DNA of 64,000 nt. Source: Girardia tigrina (taxonomy: Eukaryota). Each line of letters begins with the position of its first letter. Position 1 is the stretch's first letter. Position numbers and translations under genes: made by a program. The notes beneath the pieces were generated by a model, which did not search any database, was not told the origin of the DNA, and was given only the letters and a program-made list of their open reading frames with translations. Where the stretch lies: assembly GCA_001938485.1 (NCBI GenBank), contig MQRK01225780.1, forward strand, positions 48,656 through 112,655, written 5' to 3'. Of the stretch, positions 12,892-25,834 are shown piece by piece.

Positions 12892-15065
12892 ATTATGTTC
12901 TTTTTTTATTGCTTTTATATAAGAAATGAATGATTGTGTAATCACTTACGTAAGTCTAATCGAAAACTCATAACAAATTAGTTGAGAGTGCTGTTTGAAC
13001 ATTGATTTTAGGATCACATGATCTTATCAACAATGCTTCACATGACACTCTCCCAATAATTTTTAAAGTGCTTGCACAAAATCTTAAAATCATTTATGCT
13101 CATATTACATTTACACACTTTTATGCTCAGCAATATTACTCTTTCCCCCTTTTTTGATTGTGTTCTTGGACTCGTTTGTCGAGATGACGGGTAGTCTCTC
13201 CGATGTATGCGGCATTGCACTTATTACATTGTATTGATAAACAATGTCCAAACACAATCCTAAAGGAGTATGTGATTTATTGCAAAACATATTCTCAACT
13301 TTAAATGATTGAGACATAATTTTTAAATTTAAAATGTTATTTGTTGATTTCAAGATCGAATTCTTGAGGTGTTTAAACCCTCGGAGTAAGGTAAGCTTAG
13401 AGTATACCCAGGTGTAAAGCAGTTTTCAATGTTTAAACTATTAATTTTTTTTTATTTTTGATTTTTTCTTTTTCGATTATTTTATCTACAGTCTCGCGAG
13501 TGAGTCTATCTATGATGGACTTAGAGTAACCGTTATTATTCAATAACTTGCTCAATGTATCAATACTTTTAATAGATTCTGAAAATGTGGTATAACAAAT
13601 CTTTGATCATATTCCTTTTATATTTAAACTCACAAAAACTGTTTAATATCTAGATGCGAAGATAAATTATTTCATTCCTAATGATTTTATTTGTAAGGGC
13701 AGTTTTGAGTTTGTGAATTCCATTGCTAATTTTGAAATACGAACTGAAAATGATTTTAGGGTTCCTTTGATGTATCGAGTTTATTTACTAATTTTCCGTT
13801 ACAGGAAACCATCGAATTATGTTGTGAACTTTGGCGTAGGAATAATTTGGACAATTCTGATTTAGATGAAGTTACTTTTCGAAAACACTTAACATTTGCT
13901 ACTTCAAATGTCCATTTTCTATTTAATGGTGAATGGTACAAACAAATAAATGGGGTTGCAATGGGTTCACCATTGGTTCCGACGTTAGCCTCTATATTTC
14001 TTTCTTCCATTGAAGAAAAAATAGAATTGTTTTTAGGGAAAAAACCACTACTTTATAAGAGATATGTGGATGATATTATTCTAGTCTATGAATCTCGAGA
14101 ACATGTGTTTCCTTTTCTAGATTACATGAATTCGATTCAACCAAATATAATCTTTACAGTAGAACAGGAAATAAATCGAAAATTACCATTCCTTGATTTG
14201 TTAATTGAAAGGAAAAATGATCATTATGAAATTGAAATATATCGAAAGAAAACTGATACTGGTTTATACACCTCCATAAACAGTTTTTGTGAGTTTAAAT
14301 ATAAAAGGAATATTATCAAAGGTTTGTCATACCGCTCTTGGTCTCTTTCTTCCACGTTTTCAAAATCTATTAAAAGTATTGATACATTGTAAGCAAGTTA
14401 TTGAATAATAACGGTTACTCTAAGTCCATCATAGATAGACTCACTCGCGAGACTGTAGATAAAATAATCGAAAAAGAAAAAATCAAAAATGAAAAAAAAA
14501 TTAATAGTTTAAACATTGAAAACTGCTTTACACCTGGGTATACTCTAAGCTTACCTTACTCCGAGGGTTTAAACACCTCAAGAATTTGATCTTGAAATCA
14601 ACAAATAACATTTTAAATTTAAAAATTATTTCTCAATCATTTAAAGTTGAGCATATGTTTTGCAATAAATCACATACTCCTTTAGGATTGTGTTTGGACA
14701 TTGTTTATCAATACAATGTAATAAGTGCAATGCCGCATACATCGGAGAGACTACCCGTCATCTCGACAAACGAGTCCAAGAACACAATCAAAAAAGGGGG
14801 AAAGAGTAATATTGCTGAGCATAAAAAAGTGTGTAAATGTAATATGAGCATAAATGATTTTAAGATTTTGTGCAAGCATTTTAAAAATTATTGGGAGAGT
14901 GTCATGTGAAGCATTGTTGATAAGATCCTAATTGTTGATGTGATCCTAAAATCAATGTTCAAACAGCACTCTCAACTAATTTGTTATGAGTTTTCGATTA
15001 GACTTATGTAAGTGATTACATAATCATTCATTTCTTATATAAAAGCAATAAAAAAAGAACATAAT

Positions 15066-15110
15066 CAGTGATCTGATGATGACGGTTAAACCGTCGAAAT
15101 ATATTATCCT
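15066..15110 (+). ncRNA. Minimal type-I hammerhead ribozyme in the PLE 3' terminal repeat
   Basis: CTGATGA (15073-79), extra T, 5-bp helix II GACGG/CCGTC, GAAA (15096-99), palindromic helix III ATATAT, predicted cut after AUU at 15105, helix I AG(T)GAT/ATCCT. Confidence 0.85.
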
Positions 15111-16049
15111 AAAATATATTTTTAAATGGCGTTTATTTGTTTATAATCTAGTTTTCAATATTTTTATTAGTATTACATCAAAATTAAATTTTTTTGGATT
15201 CTATTTCTGGTGAGATGGGATCGATTTGTCATCCCAACCAGTCTGCAAAACTGACCAAATGGTTAACTGGTTTTTAATTAATGTGATTTTATGGCTGTTT
15301 TTTTATTACGGTTTTCTAATTTTTTATTCTTTTTGTAGAATTTATTTTAGTTTTTTTTGTTAAAAATAATTAATATTTATTATATATATGTAAAAAATGG
15401 TTCTTTTAATGCATTTATGAAATTGTTAGTATAGAGTTTTGTTTGAATATTTAAAATAAGAATTGCGGTAACGCAACAAAATGAATTGTAATTTTGAAGC
15501 AAATTCAAAATAAAACATTAAATAAAAATCAATTAATTGTTTTTAATTTAATTTATTGAATTTTAAAAATCAGAAAAAATGTTTTACTCAGATTATGATC
15601 AATTTGATGAAAATAAATTATTACAATGGGATCAAATTGTTCGTCATAAAAACAGAATCTCAGACGATACGTTTGTGAGTTCTCCGAATTGTCGTGAGTC
15701 CGTTGGCGACATTTTCAATGAAGCTTGTGATCAAGAATTTTCATATTAGGATAATTCATTTGATTATCGACTAAGAGGAAATTATAACGATTTCCGAGAA
15801 TTCCGAGTGGCGCCGGACAGATGGACCGATTACGACATGGTCGAAGACGCATTTTACGGCCATGTAATTATATTTGAATGGAAACCGGTCTTCATTAGAC
15901 CAAGAATTCTGATTGTCTAATGAAATGTCATATTGTGCTTTCAATCTTACCAGAGGTAGGAATTTTTTAGATATATTCCAGACTGGATTAGTCTACGGCT
16001 ATGGCTGAGTGCAGCAACCACGCAACATGGATCGTTCAACAATTACGTA

Positions 16050-16390
16050 CATTTACACCCTTCTAATTGATTAATAATTTTAATTATATTATTTAAGTAA
16101 ATGGAGATTGAATAATCCGTTAAAATATTTCCTACAAATTTTATTGTTTAAAAGTTAAAATAAATATTAATTATTGAAAAAATATTAATTTAATTTATTT
16201 TATTTTAAATTTTAAATAAAATTAATCAACTTATTTAAAATTTTACAATCATTTTAAATTAGAAATAAATTTAACCATTAAATATTTTCAGATAACAAGA
16301 ATCCAAAATATTATTCAACCAACTGGGTAGGAGACACAATTCCAAACCAACACACAATGTTCAAGCACAAAATATCAAACATTCCTCACA
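16050..16390 (-). mobile_element. LTR remnant of the same Gypsy family as 45196 and 58506
   Basis: Starts TGTGAGGAAT on the minus strand and shares the TGGGT(A/G)GGAGA motif ~60-100 bp inside with the other two copies. The left boundary is approximate. Confidence 0.55.
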
Positions 16391-17716
16391 GTCGCTAAAA
16401 AACTTCATTCTTTTCAATCAAAAGGGACATTTTCTTACACAACATAAAATTAAAGACCCATCTAACATAAAAAATGCATTAAAATAAAAACTAATATAAA
16501 TTATTATGCATTTATTCATTGCATTTTAACAGTGCAATTTGTATTATATATAAATTCGTCGAAAAAAACTAAAGCATTATTAATTGCTGTGATATACGCA
16601 AATTTATTTTTACATTTTATTTAAATTTCAACTTAATTTCATTCATTTTTCCTCGTGGAATTTAGCATCCGAATTCAATATTTTCAGTTCAATTTTATTT
16701 ATCATTTTTCTGTCTTGTTAATCTTTGTAACTGCGGGTCCAAATAAATTGAACAAAAAATTAATCAAATAAAAAAAAACAAAAATAATAATAATATCGAA
16801 TATCAAATAATATCGAAAAATCTTCTAAATTTTGTATTTAACTATTTTAATAGATTTTAATATCACAAAAACTTTCGAATAATGAATTTATCGGAAAAAA
16901 TAATCCACATATTTTCATAAATTTCCATGTCTCACACATTTTTGGGAGCGGTCGTAATTTGCTTCGCGTTATGTGATGGTATCAGTTTGTCACGAATTCA
17001 GGTGATTCTTGATTTAGATCGACACGCGCCACGAGCAACATCATCAATCGGTGATGGGTAATGATGTTCAGCCAATCCCAAAAGGTGGATGGTCACTCGA
17101 TTTCCAAATCTTCTTCAAAAAATCGATCAATATTTGGACAAGTCACATGTGCACCTAATTCTTGCCATTCTTTTTTACTTCATTATTTATTATTTGCCAC
17201 CAAACAGTCATCATCTTAATCTTGAATCAACACCAATTTTCGCAGCATTGTATACAAAACTTTGTGTAGATGGTGTCATTGTAAGTATAGTATTTAATAA
17301 AAGTATTAATAATAATTTTTTGTTTTAATTAATAAATAAAATAAGATTTTATTTATCTATTTACCATATTAAATATGTATTATGTATAAATAATTAAATT
17401 AAGGTTTGATAAAAAGATAAATAAAAGAGAAGAATGTTTATGACGGAAAAGAGAAAGAGTTCAAAGAAAGACACAGAAAAAAGAGCATTGAAAGAGAATT
17501 ATTTTCTAAGTTCAACCCGAAAATCCTTAATTAATTTCGGACCTTGAACTAAATTTTGTTATTTAACTTTGACAGATCACGGATGAACTTTAACCTATCA
17601 CGAAATCAGCCTGTTGATATAAAAGGACGATAACAAACGATTATTATTATTAATTCCGAAGAGAAATCAAGAGTCAAAATAAGAACTGTTCAGATAGATT
17701 TAAAAGTGTGGAATAA

Positions 17717-17723
<7 letters not shown>

Positions 17724-17765
<42 letters not shown>
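17724..17765. repeat. (TA)n microsatellite
   Basis: Read directly from the sequence. Confidence 0.95.
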
Positions 17766-17768
<3 letters not shown>

Positions 17769-18014
17769 GTAATATATTTTTCTTATATATTTAAAATCAA
17801 GCGAAATCTCGTTTCCTCAACCTACCCAATTTATAAATTCTCTTAAATAGATTAAGTTGTTTTTCAATTTGTTCGCAATTGTATATAGACAAATAAATAT
17901 TTATTGATAAAAATCTCCTGAGTTTCTCATTTTAATTTTAATACAACACCAGATAAACCCAACAATTGAATTTAAATTATTTTCAAAGAAATCAACCTTA
18001 AAAACAGAATGCAG

Positions 18015-18440
18015 ATCCCTAAAGTTATGATCTGGACAACACTTCTCTATACATGCGAGAGTTGGAAACTAATTCAGAAGAGCTAGGATCAACTTAGCAC
18101 GTTTGAAAGGAAGGGGTACAGGTAAAGACTGAAGATTGTGTTGAAAGAAAAGAGAACCAACGAATTCGTCTTGAACAGTGTCATTGAAAAACCAGTAAAA
18201 TAACAGGATCAAAAGAACAGAAGGAAACCGAGATTCTACGGATATCAGATAAGAAAATAAGCTCTAGCGAAAGTTATGGTTGAAGAAAGAGTAGAAGGAG
18301 AAAGATTAAAGCAACAATGAGAAAACGACTTAAAAGAATGAAGCGGATGCAAGATGCAAGATTTTGGAAGCATCGCTGCAAATAGAGAGCAGTGGCGAAG
18401 GCTTGTGCATATTCAGATGCACCCCCAGTCAAACGATTCA
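18015..18440 (+). mobile_element. RTE-clade LINE 3' fragment (decayed)
   Basis: Manual translation IWTTLLYTCESWKLIQKS*DQLSTFERK ... RTNEFVL ... NREQWRRLV gives the RTE C-terminal motifs LLY.CE.W and (D/N)R..WR. Confidence 0.7.
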
Positions 18441-20224
18441 GGTCAAAGAAAAAAAGAGAGAAAACAACTAAAATTAAACAAAGTAACAAAATAACCAAAA
18501 GCATGGAGAAATTAAAATTAATGCAAACGAGTACATTTACGATTGATTATTTTTAACGTTTTTGATGACACTATAAATTATGGAAAAAAACAAAAAAACA
18601 TTTAATTCTAACTTTTATACTAATACAACATGTATCTTTAACAAAGGAATATTTCTTATTAAGATAATATATAAACATAGATTTTTAATCTATTTTAAAA
18701 TAGTTAATTAATTATCACAATTTTTAAATCTTTTAAAATATTTTTATAAGAAAAATCATTTTTCAAATTTAAACAATATTTAAAAAGCTTAATTAATAAT
18801 ACTCAAGCGATTATCCTTTCATAAGATGTATTGAAGTTCTCTAGCAAAATTTTAAAGTCTTTATCATGTTTTTTTAACTAAATCTTATTTTCAAACTAAA
18901 TGTTGTCAAAACAGATCTATTTCTACTCAATTGAGTATGCTGGATAATTCTAGTGCGGAGGTGACGATTACGTGTTTGTTTCTTGCTTTTTTTTATTTTA
19001 GATTGAATTTAACAATATAGCAGTTAATGAAAAATTAAATAATCAGAAATCGATCAATAAAAATAATTAATTGCTATAAGTAGATAACTTGAACATTAGA
19101 TTATGATGTCACAAAAATTAAATGAAATGACTTTTACGAGGATAAGGAAAATTCTACTAGAGATCTAAAGAAAGTTAATAACATAGTAAAGTACTTTGGA
19201 AGAGTCTAAACTCGCAAAATGAATGCAGCAAGGAAAGTTTAAAAATTTTATCAGAAAATCAACTTCTCAAAAATGTAGAAAAGAAAAACAAGATACAAAA
19301 ACAATCTTTTCACGACCTGGCGGACTTAAAAATATAGGCAATGTATTATTGTTTGAGATATATGTTTACCCTCCATCAACTGCTTTGTTATAAAGAGGCA
19401 TTTTGATTAGTAACCCATCATTTACATAATGTGATTATCAAGTTGACCTTAGAATTGACCTAAAAAAGTATTTCTAGACTTTATTATCACAGATTTTGAA
19501 CTTTATTTTTGTAATATACAAAAATTTACTATAAAATGGAGTTAATACAAACCACCTGATTTTAATACCTTTAAGATAGGAAAAAGAGTAAATACAAACC
19601 GAATTTATTTCTTCTAATCAAAAAAGAATTATTAGTGGACGCAATTAATCTTAGTTTTTAATGTATGTTAAACGCCAATAATGAACCGCATTTGATGGAA
19701 AAAATCCTACCTTTCCGAAAAATTTCACTGATTATTCAATTGAGTTGCTCTTAGTTAATCGTTAAACCTTGTTTAATATATTTATATCTAATTATATTGA
19801 TACTGTACCAAATATTAATACACTTATAGTAGTATTATTTAACAATTTATTGTTTTTTTAGCACATTCCTTGTGTTTTATAAAGATAATAACATACAAAT
19901 TACCCGATTAAAATCATTGATTTTGATATTTTTCTTAAATATGTTTTATTACATATTTTCATTTTATGTTTTTTAATTTTTATTTAAAAGTATTTAAATG
20001 AGCAATTTAATAGACCTTGTTGTTTGCTAATAATGGCTGCCGTCATAGTTATAGTTCTATATACGTATACGCCGACATTTCTTAAACTTATGTTTAGAGA
20101 AGTATACAAGATCTACTGTTACCATGTATAGGGTATAAACAAATTTTGGTAGCTGTAAATAAATATATAATTAGATATATTTAAAACTTCCTATGGAAAT
20201 TTCAACAGAAGTTTTAAATTTAAG

Positions 20225-20266
<42 letters not shown>

Positions 20267-20268
<2 letters not shown>

Positions 20269-21799
20269 ATTTGCAAGCCATTAAAATCATTTTGCAAGTC
20301 ATTAATATCATTTTGCAAACCAATAAAATCATTTTGGAACAAAAAAATTAATTTGTGAACCATTAAAATTATTTTAAAAACCAGAAAAATTATAAAAAAT
20401 CAACATATTTTTAAAATATTGTGTAAACTCAATAAAATCAATAATAAGGTAATCAATTTATTTCATTAAATATTGAATTTTTCACCCACTGCAGCAATCG
20501 AAATATTTCTTAACATATTCATAATTTAACCATTGCAATACTGTTTTCTAACTGCACCTATAACTTCAAAAATTATCTCCGACAGTGTTCTATCATTTTC
20601 TTCACCCCGTTATTTCTCATAAGAGCGATTAAATTTTCCCGAACAACTTATTTCACTTTCGAAAATGGATGTTCAATATGGTTTAAAATATACGAATATG
20701 GTGAAAGAAACTTTAATGTTAAAGAAATTGGACGCAAAATTTCTTCAATATCGACCCGACGATGAATACGTACATTATCCGTTAGAATTCGAGCGCTTTC
20801 GTATCCACCTTGAGCGTGTAGTTCGGCAACGAGCTCCATCATAAAGCCATTAAACTTTACTGCAGTTACAGTACCATCGTCAATTATCTTTGAAAATTGA
20901 ATTCCACCACTACTCATTGCTGAAATAAGAGTGACGAAACTACCCCTGATTTTGGGAAAAACTACAAGAGCCATGGTTCCTTTTCGTGATAGCGCCATGG
21001 TAGCAGTCAAAGGCAAATTAAATCTACTTTCATCAACAAAAATACATTTTCTTTTGTCGGTAGGCGAATTTCTTGTAAAACCCAATGCATAAATCTGTCT
21101 TGCTTCAATAGATAGGGAAGAATTACGTCGATCAAGCTCTTAAGTGTAAGCATAAATTTTGTAAGGCCATTTCCTATACTAGACAACGAGACATCCAAAT
21201 TTTCAGCTGCAAGATGCTTCTGTATCTGCTTTAAGGTCACCACATTGTGTTGTTCTACGATAGATTCGATTCTATCAAGAACTTGCTGCGTCAGAACAAT
21301 GCCTCGAGCATCACCACGTTTTCGATTTGCAGTTGTACCTTCATCCTTGTATTTTTATGATAGTACGGACCGTAACTTGATTTGAAAGGTTGAGACAACT
21401 TCATTCATAGTGGATCCATGAACATTCACCTTTTTACTACAAGATTTTTTATTTCTTGTGTAATTTTATTTCTTAGTCGTGATAATTGTTGTGAATTTAT
21501 GCTGTCATAAATATTTTCATGATTTTCCTGCATTTTATTTTAATAAAAAATACTTTTTATTGATTATTAGAACAATTTTTGATTCATTGATTTTATTGAT
21601 TTGTAAAACAATTTTATTGGTTCACAAATTAATTTTTTTGTTCCAAAAATAATTTTATTTTAATAAAAAAAATACTTCTTATTGAATATTTTAAAAAATT
21701 ATGATTCATGGATTTTATTGGTTTGCAAAATGATTTTAATGACTTGCAAAATGATTTTAATGACTTGCAAAATGATTTTAATGGCATTCAAATGGCTTG
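20267..21799 (-). mobile_element. Tc1/IS630-type (DDE) transposon with internally repetitive TIRs, disrupted
   Basis: CIFVDES ... ILTDNVRIH ... LSPYSYILNHIEHPFSKVK. The ends are inverted arrays of a ~20-bp unit ACTTGCAAAATGATTTTAATG. Abuts (TA)n on the left. Confidence 0.85.
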
Positions 21800-23339
21800 T
21801 ATAACAATCAATAATTAGATGGTTAATTTTCATATCATTGTTTTGCCGGATTATTTTTCAGAAATAATGGATTTCAAAACAATAATGAACAGAAATCGAT
21901 GATTAAAGCAGCCAAATCAAATGCAAAACCAATTTTGATGAAGAAAATTACAAGTCATGTTCAATTTACGGTAGAACTTATTGAAGATAATGTCATGCTT
22001 GCTGAGTAGACTGGCACGAATAAGTTCATAATTTCGCTCGGATTTTTCACTTTCAAGAACTTCCACGAAGCCGGAATGTACATTGACCACAAAATAAGCA
22101 AAGAAGTAGTCGTCGTCAATGCTAAAGGGGCAAGATTCGGTTATTAACGAATTATGAAAGGCATATATTTAGTAAAAATATTATTTACAAAATTTAAAAT
22201 TGGTGTACAAGTGTTAATTGAATCATGAAGAAACATTTGATTTGATATCTGAAGAAAATTTTTTTATTGATAAAGAAAGTTCTTCGTGCATGTTTTCTTT
22301 TTATATAACCTATATATCTAATCTATATACTTATATATGTTAAAAAGTGGGTATTTTGGTAATCCTTTGATATCACAACGAATAATGAACACTATTTACA
22401 GTAACCATCAACAATATAAGAGAAAAGAAAACACATTATAATAACTCTGAAACAATTTCCCTTTTTAGATCAATCAATTTTTTAATATACCATCTTTTAC
22501 AGTTTGAAAGCTTAAATAAGGCACACCTAAATTAAAAACGTAAAATTTTTAAAGATCCGTACATATTACCACTAACATTAAAATGACTTTAATAAATACA
22601 CATTTCTCAAACTGTTCTTGAAACATATGACTTTTATGTTTTAATAAAATATAATATCTGCATAAGAATTAGTTTTTATGTTTTTGTTTTCAGTTTCATC
22701 ACACACAAGCCCATCAAAATTCTCATATTCTCAGGCTTATGTCACTGAGAAACAATAGCTGAAGTATCTCTGTTTTCGTCTTCTTCGACTTCTTCATTCT
22801 CTGTTTCTCCTTCCCAATGGTGGTAAATATTGCTTTTCTGATTCCAGATTTCATTGTATTAATGTAGATATTATCTCATGATTTACTTAGCTACTTGTGC
22901 ATAAGTTAACACGAAACTGTGTCATCTTTTAGTCACTCTATTCTCCCACTGACGTCTCAGATTAGCCTAAGAGCTATGATTTACTGATGTCTATAAACTA
23001 ACAAAACCTTTGTTAAGGTTCCAAGTATTTTTGCTGCGATTATATTTATGTTATTCATGTTCTTCTCCGTGATGTGAGCTCTCATGCTGTTCATAATAAG
23101 TATAGCCTTTTTAGTTTTAAAAAAGCCATCAGAACATTTTCAAAATGCGCATTGTTCTCAGAAATCCATCATTTTCTCGTCCATTTAACCTTTCTAGTTC
23201 ATCTGAATAATTAGACTCGGAATAAATGACGCTCTAAGAATTATGTTTCGTTTTAAAAGAATGAATCACGATAGTTTCGTTTAGGAACGTATCAATCATT
23301 TCATTTCGCGGATGATAATAATGAACAAGCCACACTTTC

Positions 23340-24265
23340 AAAAAAAGTTCAAAAACGAATTCAGGATATTAATCCTAAAACAATTTATGTGCATTGTGCT
23401 AGCCACAATCTCAACCTGGCTCTCTTTAAAGTATCAGAAATATGTTCTCTTCGCAATATGTATGACATCGTGTACCTAGTGTGCAGCTATTTTTTAATCT
23501 CTTCAAAAAGATCCATTATTCTCAAAAAATTTCTATCTGAGAAGAATAAATCGAATCTCATTGCATGGTGGGAAAATCGAAGGATAGAAAATCATGATGC
23601 CATATTTTGATTCATTGAACTTTATAAGAATGTTGCGGATGCTCTGACACATTTATGAGAATACCACGATACAGATACGTCATCAAAGGCAGAAGCTTAG
23701 TGCCTCCCCAAAGATCAACCTGTGACAGAATTCGAAGTATTAGGTCAATATCATATACACTTTTTTTCCAAATATTCCTCACTCTTCCAGTGACAACTGT
23801 TACAGCAGAAAGAAATTTTCCCATTGTGACTTGAATTAAAACCAATACGAGAAGTATCATGAATAGAAAACGATTAAGTGGTCTACTGATGCTGTTAATT
23901 CACTTGGACGTATCAATCAGTGTTGATGAAGTACTGTAAGAATTTGGAAAATCTCAACTATGACTGTTTTTTTAATATAAATTTACCTTTTATATACATT
24001 TCTGCATACCTTCATTATTATCTTTATTAAATTCTAAATTCCTTACTATTTCTGTAGAATACACTCACATTTCTGTCCAGACTCTCTTCATTCTTGCTAA
24101 ACAATAAACATTATAGAAATGTTATTTTACAAGACTACAAATCCATAACGGTATCAGTTTGTGCATGAGTGAGTAAGAGTGATTAAAAGTATGTGCATGT
24201 CGGTGTGAATGTGACTGAAAGTGTGGCGTATCCATAATTATCCCATCCCCTTGACTACACTCCTG
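23340..24265 (+). mobile_element. hAT transposase remnant (ZMYM1/THAP12-like) with right TIR
   Basis: YVHCASHNLNLAL; hATC dimerisation motif IFLTLPVTTVTAERNF...TRSIMNRKRLSGLLML.IH; terminal CCCCTTGACTACACTCCTG. Confidence 0.8.
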
Positions 24266-24832
24266 CGCATATTTTATTTTTAAAATACATATATTTGTAT
24301 ATTTATATTAAAACATTCTATATAATTCAATTTTGAATGTAAATAAGTTAACATTTCAAAATTATAGGATAATATTTAATGAGATAGGACAGTTTCGTCC
24401 CATTTGTTTTTGAAAAGGAAAATTTAACCTCTTATTATTTGTTATACTTGATACACATGGACAAAAAGTACGAGTAAATAACTTTTAACGTTAATAAAAA
24501 TATTAGTTTTATTTAAAAAAATTTAATTTGGATCAAAACAGTCGTACTTATTATTATGTAAATTACTCGTCCTCTAGAAAACAATAAATAATGGATTAAA
24601 TTTTTATTCAGTTTTATTTTTATATTCTAACAATCTTTGCCCTTTACATCCCAACCAAACCCTTAATAACGATATTAATTACATAAAATATTCTAAATCA
24701 ATATTAACATCTATAATATTTTGTTGGTATCATAATTGTTCAAACAATTTTGTTTTCCCTAGAATAATTTCTATTGAATCCTTGAGTTGAAGATGAATTC
24801 ACTCGCTCGGTTAATATTATAGTATATGTAAC

Positions 24833-25834
24833 ATGGGGAATCTCAATTGTTTCAAAGACTATCAGCATCAAAGTAAATCCAAATGGTACGATGAATGGCA
24901 GAACAATTCTTCATATCAACGTCCTTATAATTATTATGACAGAAATTATTGTGATAGAGTAAATGAAAACGAATTTGCGATTGATCAGGACGTAATGAAT
25001 AATTATTATCCCAATAGTTCATTTTCCGCTGCAAATTATCCCGGCTATGCAACAGACGTGGCAGAATCGCGACCATACAATGACGAGAGCAATAACTATA
25101 ATATGCCCATGACTCAGTATTATCTTGGAGAAGGATTTGGACGAGATACCAATATGCCGTGTGAAAATTTTAATATTGATTTTGATAATAATAAATCTGT
25201 ACAAGATAATGTACAAGAGGCTTTTATGTCGGACTGGTTTGTTAGAGAAGAAGCAGAATTAAATTGCAATGTTAAAGCTTTACAAAAGGGTGATATGAAC
25301 TCTCTCAGTAATGAAGAATTGTTTTGTGATGAAGTAGTTAAAACAACCAAATCTCATGCGAAAAAAGAAGTTAAAGTAGTAGATGAGCTTCAGGAAAACA
25401 CATCGGATTCCGATATGTGTAGTATTGAAGGTTTGGGAAAAACAGACAATAAAAACGGTGCTCTAATGGGATTCACGACGAAAAAAAATGATAAATGTTG
25501 CTATACAGCATATATAATGTGTAATAATTCTGTAGAATGGGATAATTTTCTGAAAAGGTCTGCAAGAATAATGACGGGATTACAACGACAATTTTCGTGT
25601 ATTATAAAATTTAGTGATAAAATATCTTTTCACAGAGGAAACTCTGTTAGAACGTTTCAAATAATAGGATCCCACAAAGGAAATGTTATTCGCTGCAAAG
25701 CGGCTTTACCGAAAATGGTTTCGAAAATGCTGATAACATCAATGACCTGTAGTGCTGAAGTTGAAGAATATTCAAAAGAGTGTACCCGAGATTCACGATC
25801 GACTTTGAATAGGAAAATGCGTGCAATTAATTAA
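24833..25834 (+). CDS. Intronless 333-aa protein: Tyr/Asn/Asp-rich low-complexity N-terminus and divergent KH-like C-terminal domain
   Basis: Longest intact ORF in the window, with no TE motifs. Starts MGNLNCF; AATAAA near 25935. The C-terminal pattern TAYIMC..EWDNFLKRSARIMTGLQRQFSCIIKF..VRTFQIIGSHKGNVIRCKAAL fits type-I KH topology by eye. Confidence 0.7.
   Translation: MGNLNCFKDYQHQSKSKWYDEWQNNSSYQRPYNYYDRNYCDRVNENEFAIDQDVMNNYYPNSSFSAANYPGYATDVAESRPYNDESNNYNMPMTQYYLGEGFGRDTNMPCENFNIDFDNNKSVQDNVQEAFMSDWFVREEAELNCNVKALQKGDMNSLSNEELFCDEVVKTTKSHAKKEVKVVDELQENTSDSDMCSIEGLGKTDNKNGALMGFTTKKNDKCCYTAYIMCNNSVEWDNFLKRSARIMTGLQRQFSCIIKFSDKISFHRGNSVRTFQIIGSHKGNVIRCKAALPKMVSKMLITSMTCSAEVEEYSKECTRDSRSTLNRKMRAIN

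Larger units (their letters stand above)
12781..15145 (+). mobile_element. Penelope-like retroelement (RT + GIY-YIG), 5'-truncated, with its 3' part duplicated in inverted orientation
   Basis: RT motifs DVSSLFTN, GVAMGSPL, RYVDD, LPFLDL, YRKKT. Frameshifted GIY-YIG VYQY...KCNAAYIGETTRHLDKRVQEH. 12810-13645 is the reverse complement of ~14279-15147. 13-bp TSD ATCTAGTTTTCAA at 12768-12780 and 15146-15158. Confidence 0.93.

Noticed and set aside
15217-16343. Apparent TIR pair around a decayed coding region (MULE-like)
   Set aside because: The right 'TIR' is part of the Gypsy LTR motif shared with 45100 and 58415. The interior is too decayed to assign.
20267-20400. Regular ~20-bp repeats (also 41670-41945 and 53200-53570) as a CRISPR-like array
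   Set aside because: Eukaryotic context, no unique spacers; these are TIR sub-repeats or minisatellites.
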